Positions 29,223 through 41,359 of a stretch of 64,000 nt of DNA are shown here, piece after piece. The notes under the pieces were generated by a model. It ran no database searches and was not told the origin of the DNA. It saw only the letters and a list, made by a program, of their open reading frames with translations. Position 1 is the first letter of the stretch; the number at the start of each line of letters is the position of its first letter. The stretch lies in assembly GCA_019120635.1 (NCBI GenBank), contig DWUR01000100.1:1667-65666 (forward strand), read 5' to 3'. Source of the stretch: Candidatus Corynebacterium intestinavium (GTDB taxonomy: Bacteria > Actinomycetota > Actinomycetes > Mycobacteriales > Mycobacteriaceae). The translations under genes were made by a program, and so were the position numbers.

Positions 29223-30596
29223 TTACTCCTTCTCCGCGGAGTCCTCGTTCACCGAGTCCTCGTCACTGCCGGGCTCGTCGTCGAGGCTCAGGCCGAGCTG
29301 CTCCAGCTCCGCCTTGAGGTTCTCCATGGACAGCTCCAGGTTGGCATCCTCCCCGAGTGTCCCGGCTGCGCCGTTCGGGCTGTGCAGGCCCTGCAGGCCC
29401 GCGGAGATGCCCTGGCCTGGCCCGCCGATGTGCTCGTGGTCGTGGCCGCCGTGATCGTGCTCGTGGTCGTGACCGGCAGCCGCGCCAGCAACAGTGCTTA
29501 AGCCGAGCTCCTCCCCCAGCTTCGCGTAGGCCGGGTAGATCACGGTCTGCTCCAGCTCGGCGCGCAGCGGGGCGTCACAGAAGGCGTGGTCCAGCGCGTT
29601 GGTGGTCAGCTCCAGCATCTGCCAGTACTCCAGGTCGAAGACCTCAGCGAGGCGCTCGAACTCCTGGGTCATCGTCGTGCCGGAAACCAGGCGGTTATCG
29701 GTGTGCACGGTGCACACGAAGCCCAGCTCGTAGAGCAGGTTGAAGGGGTGGTCGGCGATCTCGTCGGCGACACCGGTCTGGGTGTTGGAGGTCGGGCAGA
29801 TCTCCAGCGGAATGCCGCGGTCGCGCACGTGGCGGGCCACTGGGCCCAGCTCGATGCCGGAGAGGGTGGCGTTCAAGTCCTCGTAGATGCGCACGCCGTG
29901 ACCCAGGCGGAGGGTGCCCTGAACCAGGGCGTCCTTGATGGACTCCACGCCCGCAGCCTCGCCGGCGTGGATGGTGAAGGGCACGAGGTTCTCGCGCAGC
30001 AGCTGGAAGGCCTCGGCGTGGTTCGCGGCCGGGAAGCCAGCCTCCGCGCCTGCGATGTCGAAGCCGACCACGTAGCCCTCGCCCGGGCTGGAGATCGGGT
30101 AGTTATCCACGGTCAGCTGCGCGATCTCGGTGGCACGATCGGCGTGGCGCATGGCGCACAGGATAAGGCGGGCGTGGATGCGCTTGCCCTTCGCAGCGGC
30201 AGCGCGCTCGCCCTCCTTCGCGCCCTGCACGGTGGCCTCCACGACCTCCTGCAGGCTCAGCCCATTGGCCTGGTGCTGCTCGGGGGCGTAGCGCAGCTCA
30301 GCGTAGACCACGTTGTCCGCGGCCAGGTCCTCGACAGCCTCGCGGGTCACCCGGACCAGCGCTTCCTTCGTCTGCATGACGGCGGTGGTGTGGTCGAAGG
30401 TGGTCAGGTACGTCGGCAGGTCGCCCGAGTTCGCGGCGTCGTAGAACCACTTCTCCAGCTCCGCCGGGTCCGTGGTGGGCAGCTCGTAGCCGATCTCGGC
30501 GGCCAGCTCCACGATGGTGGCGGGCCGCAGGCCGCCGTCCAGGTGGTCGTGGAGCTCGACCTTGGGCAGGGATGCAATGACGTCCGAATCAATCAT
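29223..30596 (-). CDS. add: Adenosine deaminase with a His-rich/acidic C-terminal extension
   Basis: PKVELHDHLDGG, YAELRYAP, GFDIAGAE, TIHAGEA, RLGHG, EICPTSN, TDNRLVS. Confidence 0.93.
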   Translation of the reverse strand: MIDSDVIASLPKVELHDHLDGGLRPATIVELAAEIGYELPTTDPAELEKWFYDAANSGDLPTYLTTFDHTTAVMQTKEALVRVTREAVEDLAADNVVYAELRYAPEQHQANGLSLQEVVEATVQGAKEGERAAAAKGKRIHARLILCAMRHADRATEIAQLTVDNYPISSPGEGYVVGFDIAGAEAGFPAANHAEAFQLLRENLVPFTIHAGEAAGVESIKDALVQGTLRLGHGVRIYEDLNATLSGIELGPVARHVRDRGIPLEICPTSNTQTGVADEIADHPFNLLYELGFVCTVHTDNRLVSGTTMTQEFERLAEVFDLEYWQMLELTTNALDHAFCDAPLRAELEQTVIYPAYAKLGEELGLSTVAGAAAGHDHEHDHGGHDHEHIGGPGQGISAGLQGLHSPNGAAGTLGEDANLELSMENLKAELEQLGLSLDDEPGSDEDSVNEDSAEKE

Positions 30597-30686
30597 GGGG
30601 CACAGCTTACTCGGCAGCTGTGCCCCATGGTGGCGGGCGGGGAAGGTTATCAGCCCCGCCGTCGAAGCCCGGTGAAAACCGGCGGA

Positions 30687-31784
30687 TTACTTGAAGATCG
30701 AGCGGATGGCCCCACCCAGGACCACACCCGCGGCGGCCCCGAGGCCGACCAGCCCGGCACGGCCGGCGTCCGTGGAGCCGGTGCGCACCTCCTGGCGAAC
30801 GCGGATGACCGCGGCCGGCGGCACCGGCGGGGTCATCATGGCCAGGGACTCCGGCGTGGTGGCTGCCCACGCGGAGCAGTACAGGGTGATGCGCCAGATG
30901 AAGTAGAACAGCACCATCACACCGATGATCGGACCGAAGGCAGCGCCCGCCGGGTTGCTCAATGCGTTGGAGAAGAACAACGTGGCGAACTGCTTGAAGA
31001 TCTCGAACACGACTGCGCCGATGATGGCTGCCTTGAAGGCAGACTTGCGCGGCACCTTGGCGCGCGGCAGGTAGACCATCAGCCAGAAGAAGACCAGCAG
31101 GTTGGCCAGCAGCGCGACCAACAGCGCGACGAGGAAGGTGATGAAGCGGATGCCCGGAACCTCGTCCAGCCCGACCAGGCCGAGCAGCTTCTCGGTCAGC
31201 CCCGAGTTACCGATGGTGGTCACGGCGAAGGCCACGACCAGTGCCAGGATCAGCCCCAGCAGACCCAGCAGGTCGGAGAGCTTGCCCTTGATGAAGTTCT
31301 CCGGGCTGTTATCGACCTTCCACATCTCGGAGGCGCCGATGCGCAGGTGGTTCATCCAGCTCAGGCCGGACCACAGGGCCAGCAGAAGACCGATGGAGAA
31401 CACGGACTTACGCTGATCGATCGCGCCCTCGACGATGGTGCCCAGGGTGTCGCCCATCTCGCCGCTGCCCATGGACGTCACCTGGTCCATGACCTTGTCC
31501 AGCAGATCCTGATTATTAGCCAGGATGATCGCGACCGTGGCCAGCACGAGCATGGTCAGCGGGAAGATGGACAGCACGGAGAAGTAGGTAATGCCCGCGG
31601 CGAACTGGTTACCGCCCTGCTCGCCGTAGCGCTCGTTCATCCGCATGATGTGGTCGAACCACGGCCACTTGTCACGGAGCTTGACCAGCGCCCCTTCATC
31701 GTCTTTGCGGCTGCGTTCCACGCCGTAGGCGTCGAGCTTGTCATAGTCGGGCGTCGTTGATGTTTTCGCCATCAGCGCGTCCAT
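30687..31784 (-). CDS. YihY/YhjD (virulence factor BrkB) family inner membrane protein
   Basis: GGNQFAAGITYFSVLSIFP, AFGPIIGVMVLFY; multi-TM. Confidence 0.85.
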   Translation of the reverse strand: MDALMAKTSTTPDYDKLDAYGVERSRKDDEGALVKLRDKWPWFDHIMRMNERYGEQGGNQFAAGITYFSVLSIFPLTMLVLATVAIILANNQDLLDKVMDQVTSMGSGEMGDTLGTIVEGAIDQRKSVFSIGLLLALWSGLSWMNHLRIGASEMWKVDNSPENFIKGKLSDLLGLLGLILALVVAFAVTTIGNSGLTEKLLGLVGLDEVPGIRFITFLVALLVALLANLLVFFWLMVYLPRAKVPRKSAFKAAIIGAVVFEIFKQFATLFFSNALSNPAGAAFGPIIGVMVLFYFIWRITLYCSAWAATTPESLAMMTPPVPPAAVIRVRQEVRTGSTDAGRAGLVGLGAAAGVVLGGAIRSIFK

Positions 31785-31920
31785 CCTTCCTTAGGCAGGC
31801 TTTCGGGGCTTCGGGTTCTCGATCCGGGGTCGGATCATTCTGTGGCACGCGCCGGACGGCTGGTGGCCGACCTGGGCACGTACCTCATTATGTCGTTTTC
31901 GTCGGTCTCGGTGTGCCGGT

Positions 31921-33866
<1,946 letters not shown>

Positions 33867-33883
33867 GCCGTCTCCCGGTGGGC

Positions 33884-34918
33884 TTAGCTGAACTCGAGGA
33901 TCACGGGGCTGTGGTCGGACCAGCGCTGGTCGTAGGTGGGCGCCTTGTCGACCCGGGCCTGGGCGGCGTGTTCCAGCAGCCCGCCGGTGACGGCGTGCAG
34001 GTCGATGCGCCAGCCCGCGTTAGTGTCGAAGGCCTTGCCGCGGTAGCTCCACCAGGAGTACGGGCCGTCCTCCTCGGGATGGAGGTGGCGCACGGCGTCG
34101 TGCCAGCCCGGCTGGGTGGCGGCGCCCGCGGCGATGCGGGCCTTGGCGAGTTCGCCGGGTTGGTAGTCCACGGCGCCGAAGAAGTCCTCGGCTGCCCCAG
34201 CGGGGTTACCGACCCGGCCGGAGTCCTCAGCATCGCCCACCTGGGTTGCACCGTCCGGGTAGGTGCCGAGCACGTGGTCGAGGAAGGCACGCTCGGCGGG
34301 CAGGAAGCCGGACTTGTTGCGGTTGGGCTTCCAGTTCTTCAGGTCCGCGCGGCGGTGACAGATGTTCCAGTCACCGCCGATGAGCATCTGCTGGCCGCCG
34401 GCCTCGGCAGCGGCGGCGCGCTGGTGCATGAAGGGCGCGAAGGCATCCAGGAAGCGGAACTTCTCGTCCTGCTTCTCGGTGCCGCTAGCGCCACTGGGCA
34501 GGTAGAGGGAAGCCACGGTGATCGGCTGGGTTGTGCCCCCAACCTCGGCGTCCACGGTGGCCTCGATGTAGCGGCCGGATTCATCGAATTCGCGGGCGGC
34601 GTCCTCGGCGCCCGGGTGCTCCGGGTTGGCCTGGTGGCCGAAGCCGATCTGCACGTCCCGCAGCGGCAGGCGCGAAAGGATCGCCACCCCGGCCCGGCCC
34701 TTGGCCGCGGCGGGGGCCTGGGCGAGGTGCCAGCCATCCTCCAGGGCGGGAGCGATGGCCTTGGCGGTCTGCGCCTCGTCGGCGCGGACCTCCTGCATCA
34801 GCACCACGTCCGCCGGGTGGCTGGCCAACCACGGGAGGATGCCCTGGTTGTTCTCGTGGCGCACCTTCGCGGCGGCCCTGATTCCGTTAACGTTAACCGT
34901 AGCGACAGTAAAACCCAT
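33884..34918 (-). CDS. xthA: Exodeoxyribonuclease III / AP endonuclease
   Basis: TVNVNGIRAA, LMQEV, YLPSG, GGDWNICH, SGFLPAER, YSWWSYRG, GWRID, WSDH. Confidence 0.93.
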   Translation of the reverse strand: MGFTVATVNVNGIRAAAKVRHENNQGILPWLASHPADVVLMQEVRADEAQTAKAIAPALEDGWHLAQAPAAAKGRAGVAILSRLPLRDVQIGFGHQANPEHPGAEDAAREFDESGRYIEATVDAEVGGTTQPITVASLYLPSGASGTEKQDEKFRFLDAFAPFMHQRAAAAEAGGQQMLIGGDWNICHRRADLKNWKPNRNKSGFLPAERAFLDHVLGTYPDGATQVGDAEDSGRVGNPAGAAEDFFGAVDYQPGELAKARIAAGAATQPGWHDAVRHLHPEEDGPYSWWSYRGKAFDTNAGWRIDLHAVTGGLLEHAAQARVDKAPTYDQRWSDHSPVILEFS

Positions 34919-34972
34919 GCCCACCAATATAGGCCGTGGCCCAGACACACCAGCAGCCGCGCAGCGGACGGG

Positions 34973-36190
34973 CTAGGCGGCGGCGAGCTGGCGACGTCGT
35001 AGCAGGAAGGCGAGCAGCCAGACCACCGCACCGGTGGCAGCCAGGGCCGCACCCGCTAGTGCTGGGGCAGCATAGCCGAAGCCAGCGCCGATGACCGCGC
35101 CACCGATCGCGGCACCGGCAGCGTTGGCCATGTTCAGCGCGGAGTGGTTCAAAGCGGCGGCGAGGTTCTGGGCGTCCCGGGCGACGTCCATCAGGCGGGT
35201 CTGCAGGCTCGGGACCAGGCAGGAGCCCAGGAACCCGATGAGGCCGAAGTTGGCGATGCCCGCGATGGCGTTGGTGGAGGTGAAGTAGAACGCGCCCAGC
35301 ACCACGATCAGAGAGATGAGGCTGCCGGCGATGGTGTACTCCAGGTTCCGGTCGGCCAGCACGCCGCCGAACCAGGTTCCGAAAACCATGCCGATGCCGT
35401 AGACCATCAAGGGGATCCAGATGAGGGTTTCGCTGAATCCTGCACGCTCGGTCAGGGTCCAGGAGATATAGGTATAGACCGCAAACATGCCGCCGAAGCC
35501 GACCGTGCCGATCGCCAGGGTGAGCAGTACCTGGGGGTTGATCAGGGCGCCGAGCTCGGTGATCGGGTTGCTCTTCGGCATGAGAGTCATGTGCGGCAGC
35601 GAGATATACAGCGCCACGAAGGTCACCAGGCCGATTACTGCGACGAGCAGGAAGGCGAAGTTCCAGCCGAAGTGGGTGCCCAGCCACTGCGCGGCGGGCA
35701 CACCTGCGACGGTGGCTACCGAGAGTCCCAGCCCGGAGAAGGCCACCGCCTTGCCGCGCTGCCCCGGCGGGGCCATCGAGGCGGCGATGAGCGCGGTGAC
35801 GGAGAAGTAGGCGCCGTGCGGCAGGCCGGCGATGAAGCGGCTGATCAGCAGCATGTTATAGCTGCCGGCCAGCACGGTCAGCCCGTTACCGATCGTGAAG
35901 GCGATCATGAGCACCAGCGCCAGGCGACGGCGCGGCACGGTGCTGGTCAGCGTGGTGATCAGCGGGGCCCCCACCACCACGCCGAGGGCGTAGGCGGAAA
36001 TGACGTGCCCGGCCGTGGCCTCCGAGATCTGAAAGTCCTCGGCGATGAGGTTCAGCAGCCCCATCGCCACGAACTCGGTGGTGCCGATGCCGAAGCCACC
36101 CAGCGCGATGGCCAGCATGGTGATGATTCTCCTGCGGCTGCCCATGGTGGTTTGTGTTGGCACGGGGCGGCGATTCGGCATGGTTGGCAC
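34973..36190 (-). CDS. MFS transporter (AraJ/DHA1-like)
   Basis: GFGIGTTEF, ISAYALGVVVGAP, RFIAGLPHGAYF; about 12 TM. Confidence 0.9.
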   Translation of the reverse strand: MPTMPNRRPVPTQTTMGSRRRIITMLAIALGGFGIGTTEFVAMGLLNLIAEDFQISEATAGHVISAYALGVVVGAPLITTLTSTVPRRRLALVLMIAFTIGNGLTVLAGSYNMLLISRFIAGLPHGAYFSVTALIAASMAPPGQRGKAVAFSGLGLSVATVAGVPAAQWLGTHFGWNFAFLLVAVIGLVTFVALYISLPHMTLMPKSNPITELGALINPQVLLTLAIGTVGFGGMFAVYTYISWTLTERAGFSETLIWIPLMVYGIGMVFGTWFGGVLADRNLEYTIAGSLISLIVVLGAFYFTSTNAIAGIANFGLIGFLGSCLVPSLQTRLMDVARDAQNLAAALNHSALNMANAAGAAIGGAVIGAGFGYAAPALAGAALAATGAVVWLLAFLLRRRQLAAA

Positions 36191-36414
36191 GGGGCACGCT
36201 TCCTTAAATTCTTTGGCTGGGCTGGATGAATACGAAGTAACGAAAAAGAATCAATATTTTTAATAACTTTTTTCGCCTTTCGCAAGCGAAGTTGCGACAG
36301 TACCCGTATGATTCACGATTTTTCTACTTCACGTAAGCTGGGTAGCGCGATAAAAAACGAGTGAATTTTGACGGTTCACCGACAGACGATGTGAAAGCAG
36401 GGAGATACCGCCTT

Positions 36415-38652
36415 ATGGCCAAGATCATTTACACCCGTACCGACGAGGCCCCACTTCTGGCCACGTATTCGCTGAAGCCGATCGTGGAAGCTTTTGCATC
36501 GACTTGCGGCGTGGACGTGGAAACGCGCGACATCTCGCTGGCAGGTCGTATCCTGGCCGCTTTCAACGATAAGCTCCCGAAGGAGCAGCAGGTCAACGAC
36601 GCCCTCAAGGAGCTCGGCGAGCTGACCCAGTCCCCTGAGGCCAATATCCTCAAGCTGCCGAACATCTCCGCATCCGTCCCACAGATGCGCGCAGCCATCG
36701 GCGAGCTGCAGAAGGCTGGCTACGACCTGCCGGACTTCCCTCTCGAGGTCAACACCGAGGAGGAGAAGGACGCCTACGCCCGCTACAGCTCCGTCATGGG
36801 TTCTGCCGTGAACCCGGTGCTGCGCGAGGGTAACTCCGACCGCCGCGCGCCGAAGGCCGTGAAGAACTACGTGCGCACCCACCCGCACACCATGGGTGAG
36901 TGGACCGCCGACTCCAAGACCAACGTGGCGACCATGGAGGCCAACGACTTCCGCCACAACGAGCAGTCCGTCATCATGCCGGAAGAGGATGACCTGCGCA
37001 TCCAGCTGGTGAAGGCCAACGGCGAGACCACTGTGCTGCGCGACTCCCTGCCGGTGCAGAAGAACGAGATCGTGGACGCCACCGTCCTGCGCGCCGCCGC
37101 ACTCGACGAGTTCCTGCGCGCCCAGGTCGCCCGCGCAAAGGCCGAGGGCGTGCTGTTCTCCGTGCACCTGAAGGCCACCATGATGAAGGTCTCCGACCCG
37201 GTCATCTTCGGCCACGCCGTGCGCGCTTACTTCTCCGACGTCTACGAGCAGTACGGCGAGGAGCTGCTGGCCGCCGGCCTCGACGGTGAGGACGGCCTGG
37301 CTGCCATCCTCGACGGCCTGTCCGAGCTGGACAACGGCGAAGAGATCCGCGCCGCATTCAACAAGGGCCTGGAGGACGGCCCGGATCTGGCGATGGTCAA
37401 CTCCCACCGCGGCATCACCAACCTGCACGTCCCGTCCGACGTCATCGTCGACGCCTCCATGCCGGCCATGATCCGTGACTCCGGCAAGATGTGGAATAAG
37501 GACGACGCGCGTCAGGACACCCTGGCCGTTCTGCCGGATTCCTCCTACGCAGGCGTCTACCAGGTCGTCATCGACGACTGCCGCAAGAACGGCGCATTCG
37601 ACCCGACCACGATGGGCACCGTCCCGAACGTCGGCCTGATGGCGCAGAAGGCTGAGGAGTACGGCTCCCACGACAAGACCTTCAAGATCGAGGCGGACGG
37701 CAAGGTCCAGGTCCTCAACAAGGCCGGCGACGTGCTCATGGAGCACGAGGTCTCCAAGGGCGACCTGTGGCGCGCCTGCCAGGCCAAGGACATCCCGGTT
37801 CAGGACTGGGTGAAGCTGGCCGTCGAGCGTGCCCGCAAGACCGGCGACCCGGCCGTCTTCTGGCTGGACCCGGAGCGCGCCCACGACCGCAACATGGCAA
37901 CCCAGGTCGAGAAGTACCTGAAGGACCACGACACCGAGGGCCTGGATATCCGCATCCTCTCCCCGGTCGAGGCTTGCCAGCTTTCCGTGGACCGCATCCG
38001 CGAGGGCAAGAACACCATCTCCGTCACCGGTAACGTTCTGCGTGACTACCTGACCGACCTGTTCCCGATCCTGGAGCTGGGCACCTCCGCGAAGATGCTC
38101 TCCATCGTTCCACTGATCGCGGGCGGCGGCCTCTTCGAGACCGGTGCTGGCGGTTCCGCGCCGAAGCACGTCGAGCAGCTGACCGAGGAGAACCACCTGC
38201 GTTGGGACTCCCTGGGTGAGTTCCTGGCGCTGGCCGAGTCCCTGCGCAAGCTGGCGGACACCGACAACAACCCGCGCACCCCGGTACTGGGTGACGCGCT
38301 GGATGTTGCTACCGAGCGGATCCTGGAGGAGGGCAAGTCCCCGCAGCGCGAGGTCAAGACCCTCGACAACCGCGGTTCCCACTTCTACCTGGCGATGTTC
38401 TGGGCTCGTGCCCTGGCCGACCAGCAGGACGACGCCGACCTGGCTGAGCTCTTCGCACCGGTCGCGGACGCGCTGGAGGCTGCCGAGGACGAGGTCATCA
38501 AGGAGCTCAACGACATCCAGGGCAAGTCCGTGGAGCTGGGTGGCCACTACCACCTGGATGAGGAGAAGGCGAACGCTGTGATGCGTCCGGTCGCTGCATT
38601 CAACAAGATCATCGACGATCTCGCTGCAGCGGATAACTCCCTGGAGGGCTAG
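36415..38652 (+). CDS. icd: Monomeric NADP-dependent isocitrate dehydrogenase
   Basis: [60 protein letters not shown]. Confidence 0.98.
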   Translation: MAKIIYTRTDEAPLLATYSLKPIVEAFASTCGVDVETRDISLAGRILAAFNDKLPKEQQVNDALKELGELTQSPEANILKLPNISASVPQMRAAIGELQKAGYDLPDFPLEVNTEEEKDAYARYSSVMGSAVNPVLREGNSDRRAPKAVKNYVRTHPHTMGEWTADSKTNVATMEANDFRHNEQSVIMPEEDDLRIQLVKANGETTVLRDSLPVQKNEIVDATVLRAAALDEFLRAQVARAKAEGVLFSVHLKATMMKVSDPVIFGHAVRAYFSDVYEQYGEELLAAGLDGEDGLAAILDGLSELDNGEEIRAAFNKGLEDGPDLAMVNSHRGITNLHVPSDVIVDASMPAMIRDSGKMWNKDDARQDTLAVLPDSSYAGVYQVVIDDCRKNGAFDPTTMGTVPNVGLMAQKAEEYGSHDKTFKIEADGKVQVLNKAGDVLMEHEVSKGDLWRACQAKDIPVQDWVKLAVERARKTGDPAVFWLDPERAHDRNMATQVEKYLKDHDTEGLDIRILSPVEACQLSVDRIREGKNTISVTGNVLRDYLTDLFPILELGTSAKMLSIVPLIAGGGLFETGAGGSAPKHVEQLTEENHLRWDSLGEFLALAESLRKLADTDNNPRTPVLGDALDVATERILEEGKSPQREVKTLDNRGSHFYLAMFWARALADQQDDADLAELFAPVADALEAAEDEVIKELNDIQGKSVELGGHYHLDEEKANAVMRPVAAFNKIIDDLAAADNSLEG

Positions 38653-38715
38653 TACCCCTCCCCGCTGGGCCTGCAACAGGCCCGACCCCCAGGGGTCAGC
38701 GGAGGGATATAGCCG

Positions 38716-38755
38716 ACTGGGCCTAGCGCGCTAGAGATAGCGCGCTAGGCCCAGT
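38716..38755 (+). terminator. Intrinsic terminator of icd (perfect 18-bp stem)
   Basis: ACTGGGCCTAGCGCGCTA-GAGA-TAGCGCGCTAGGCCCAGT followed by T-rich run. Confidence 0.88.
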
Positions 38756-38798
38756 TTTTCTTTTCTATCGGCCGGGACCCCAGGCCCCGGACTGGCGG

Positions 38799-38859
38799 TC
38801 TCAGTTCAGCGGGCGGCCCCGCTGCTCATGTCTCAGTTCAGCAGGCGCCCCAGCTGCTC
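38799..38859. repeat. Diverged tandem duplication of the MOSC gene 3' end (29 nt, 32-bp period)
   Basis: TCTCAGTTCAGCGGGCGGCCCCGCTGCTC (38799) versus TCTCAGTTCAGCAGGCGCCCCAGCTGCTC (38831). Confidence 0.8.
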
Positions 38860-39513
38860 GTGGTGGTGGCCGGGCAGCACCCCGGCGTCGAAAACCTTGC
38901 GGGCAGCTTCCTTATTGCCAAGCTTGGCGGCGAAGGCCTCCCCCATCGTCACGCCGTGCTCCGGCACCGGCCCGAAGCGGATCTCGTCCAGCGGGCGGAT
39001 GCGGCCGGCAGTGATCACGCGGAAGTAGGCGCCACAGTCGCCGTGCTGCGCGAAGCGCTTGACCCAGCCCTTCTCATCGAGCCAGGCGGCGAAAGTCGCG
39101 CACGGGGTGCGTGGCACGCTCACCTCAAGCTCAGCGCTGCCCATGGACACGCGCTGACCGATATAGACCTCCGACCACTTCACCCCGGCGGTGGTGATGT
39201 TCTCCCCGAAGCTGCCGTAGACCAGTTCGCGGCCGAGCTCCCCCTCCCAGAAGTCCAGCTCCTCGCGGGCGAAGGCGTAGACGGCCTTATCCGCCCCGCC
39301 GTGGTGCTTATCGTCGCCGATCGTATCCCCGACGACGCCGCTGCCGTCGCCGTAGTCCGGCCCCGGAGCGAGGATGTCGATGTGAGCCTGCGGCAGCTTT
39401 TCGATGCCGGTGTGCTCGTAGGTTCCGGCGGGGTTGGGTTGCGGGCGGCCAACCGCCACCTGGAGCACGCTCGGCTCTGCGTCAATCAGGAATGCAGCAT
39501 CTGTATTAGCCAT
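38833..39513 (-). CDS. MOSC domain protein (YiiM-like)
   Basis: HHGGADKAVYAF, GSFGENITT, VSVPRTPCATF, GAYFRVI. Confidence 0.9.
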   Translation of the reverse strand: MANTDAAFLIDAEPSVLQVAVGRPQPNPAGTYEHTGIEKLPQAHIDILAPGPDYGDGSGVVGDTIGDDKHHGGADKAVYAFAREELDFWEGELGRELVYGSFGENITTAGVKWSEVYIGQRVSMGSAELEVSVPRTPCATFAAWLDEKGWVKRFAQHGDCGAYFRVITAGRIRPLDEIRFGPVPEHGVTMGEAFAAKLGNKEAARKVFDAGVLPGHHHEQLGRLLN

Positions 39514-39810
39514 GGTGCGGGTCCTTTCTGGCACCTTATGGGCCCGTGTTGTGCTCGTTGCGCTGGAATTCTTTCCTCAGCCCGTGTACCACCCCACCCT
39601 AGTGATTCAGCGGCACTTGCTGGCGCTGGCTGCAAATAATTTTCCCAGCAAAAGATACTTCCCGCAGCCACTCACCCCCAGCGGGTCGGAAAGAAACGCT
39701 CCCCCTCTGCGCCATTGTCACCCGGTACGCGAGCACGTACCGAGCGGTACTTAAACATGACCCCGAAGGGGTAAAAACATGCGCCCATCACCCCTGAAAA
39801 CGCCCAAAAA

Positions 39811-39826
39811 TAGACCAAGTGGTATA
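39811..39826. promoter_or_regulatory. McbR operator upstream of metY
   Basis: TAGAC-CAAGTG-GTATA versus the corynebacterial consensus TAGAC-N6-GTCTA. Confidence 0.8.
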
Positions 39827-39877
39827 AATTTTTAAACCCCCTTGAACTGCACTTTTAGTGCGCAATACCGCCAAAAC

Positions 39878-39893
39878 TAGACAGAGCGGTTTA
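39878..39893. promoter_or_regulatory. Second McbR operator upstream of metY
   Basis: TAGAC-AGAGCG-GTTTA, placed near the likely -35 of a TAAAGT -10 at 39913. Confidence 0.75.
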
Positions 39894-40021
39894 CTTTTTT
39901 CAACGCGGACTATAAAGTGAGTCACCACACAGCGATCGAGCGGCACAATCCACCCGGATCCCACCCGGATCGCCACGATTCACAACACCGCCTCAACCAC
40001 ACGAAAGAGACAGGAAAAGCC

Positions 40022-41344
40022 ATGACAAAGTACGACAACTCCAACGCGGCAGAGTGGGGCTTTGCTACCCAGCAGATCCACGCCGGACAGACCGTGGACC
40101 CGACCGGTTCCCGTAACCTGCCAATCCACATGACCACCAGCTACGTCTTCGACAGCGCCGAGCACGCCAAGCAGCGCTTCGCCCTCGAGGATCCGGGCCC
40201 GATCTACTCCCGCCTGACGAACCCGACCGTTGAGGTTCTCGAGAACCGCATCAACACCCTCGAGGGCGGCGTGCACGCTGTCGCCTTCGCTTCCGGCATG
40301 GCCGCCATCACCGCCGCGCTGATCAACGTCGCGAACTCCGGTGACCACATCGTCGCCTCTCCGCGCCTCTACGGCGGCACCGAGACCCTGCTGCTCGTTA
40401 CTCTGCCGCGCCTGGGCATCACCACCACCTTCGTTGAGAACCCAGATGACCCGCAGTCCTGGCAGGACGCCGTGCAGGACAACACCGTCGCCTTCTTCGG
40501 CGAGACCTTCGCCAACCCGCAGGCAGATGTCCTGGACATCCCGGAGATCAGCAAGGTTGCCCACGAGAACAAGGTCCCGCTGATTATCGACAACACGCTG
40601 GCTACCGCAGCACTGGTCAAGCCACTGGAGCTCGGCGCCGACGTTTCCGTCTCCTCCCTGACGAAGTTCTACACCGGCAACGGCTCCGCTATCGGCGGCA
40701 TCCTCGTCGACGGTGGCAAGTTCGACTGGACCCAGGAGCGCAACGGCAAGCCGGTCTTCCCGGGCTTCGTCACCCCGGACCCGGCGTACCACGGCCTGAA
40801 GTACGCGGACCTCGGCGAGCCAGCCTTCGGCCTGAAGGCTCGTGCGGGTCTGCTGCGCGACACCGGCGCCACCCTCTCCGCGTTCAACGCTTGGCTGGCT
40901 GTCCAGGGTCTCGACACCCTGAACCTGCGTGTCAAGCAGCACAACGAGAACGCCAAGCAGGTCGCCGAGTTCTTGGACAAGCATCCGAAGGTCGCCAGCG
41001 TCGCCTACGCTGGCCTGGAGTCCAGCCCGTGGTACCAGGTCAAGGAGAAGCTGAGCCTGGAGTACACTGGCTCCGTTCTCGCCTTCGACCTGGCCACCGG
41101 CGACGCCGACCCGCGCGAGGCTGCATGGAAGTTCATCGACTCCCTGAAGCTGCACTCCGACCTCGCTAACGTCGGTGACGTACGCTCCCTGGTCGTCCAC
41201 CCGGCAACCACCACGCACTCGCAGTCCACCGAGGAGAACCTGCGCAACGCGGGCATCTCCCAGGCAACGGTTCGCCTGTCCGTCGGTATCGAGGACGTCC
41301 GCGACATCATCGCCGACCTCGAGCAGGGCTTCGAGCAGATTTAA
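40022..41344 (+). CDS. metY: O-acetylhomoserine aminocarboxypropyltransferase (sulfhydrylase)
   Basis: MTKYDNS, YSRLTNPT, FASGMAA, LYGGT, PLP lysine in SLTKF, ANVGDVRSLVVHPA; ATG 40022 follows AGGA. Confidence 0.96.
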   Translation: MTKYDNSNAAEWGFATQQIHAGQTVDPTGSRNLPIHMTTSYVFDSAEHAKQRFALEDPGPIYSRLTNPTVEVLENRINTLEGGVHAVAFASGMAAITAALINVANSGDHIVASPRLYGGTETLLLVTLPRLGITTTFVENPDDPQSWQDAVQDNTVAFFGETFANPQADVLDIPEISKVAHENKVPLIIDNTLATAALVKPLELGADVSVSSLTKFYTGNGSAIGGILVDGGKFDWTQERNGKPVFPGFVTPDPAYHGLKYADLGEPAFGLKARAGLLRDTGATLSAFNAWLAVQGLDTLNLRVKQHNENAKQVAEFLDKHPKVASVAYAGLESSPWYQVKEKLSLEYTGSVLAFDLATGDADPREAAWKFIDSLKLHSDLANVGDVRSLVVHPATTTHSQSTEENLRNAGISQATVRLSVGIEDVRDIIADLEQGFEQI

Positions 41345-41359
41345 CTCACGAGGTTTTCT

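Noticed and set aside
29586-31760. 724-aa plus-strand ORF over add and yhjD
   Set aside because: Antisense shadow with no domain motifs
36376-38676. 766-aa minus-strand ORF spanning icd
   Set aside because: Antisense shadow of a strongly codon-biased high-GC gene; V/L/G-rich with no recognisable motifs
39917-40021. His-rich in-frame N-terminal extension of MetY
   Set aside because: Its GTG lies within the likely -10 region; ATG 40022 has an RBS and gives the typical MTKYDNS start, so this is 5' UTR
39535-40021. Possible SAM riboswitch upstream of metY
   Set aside because: No SAM-I or SAM-IV core recognised; McbR boxes explain the regulation. An Infernal search would be decisive
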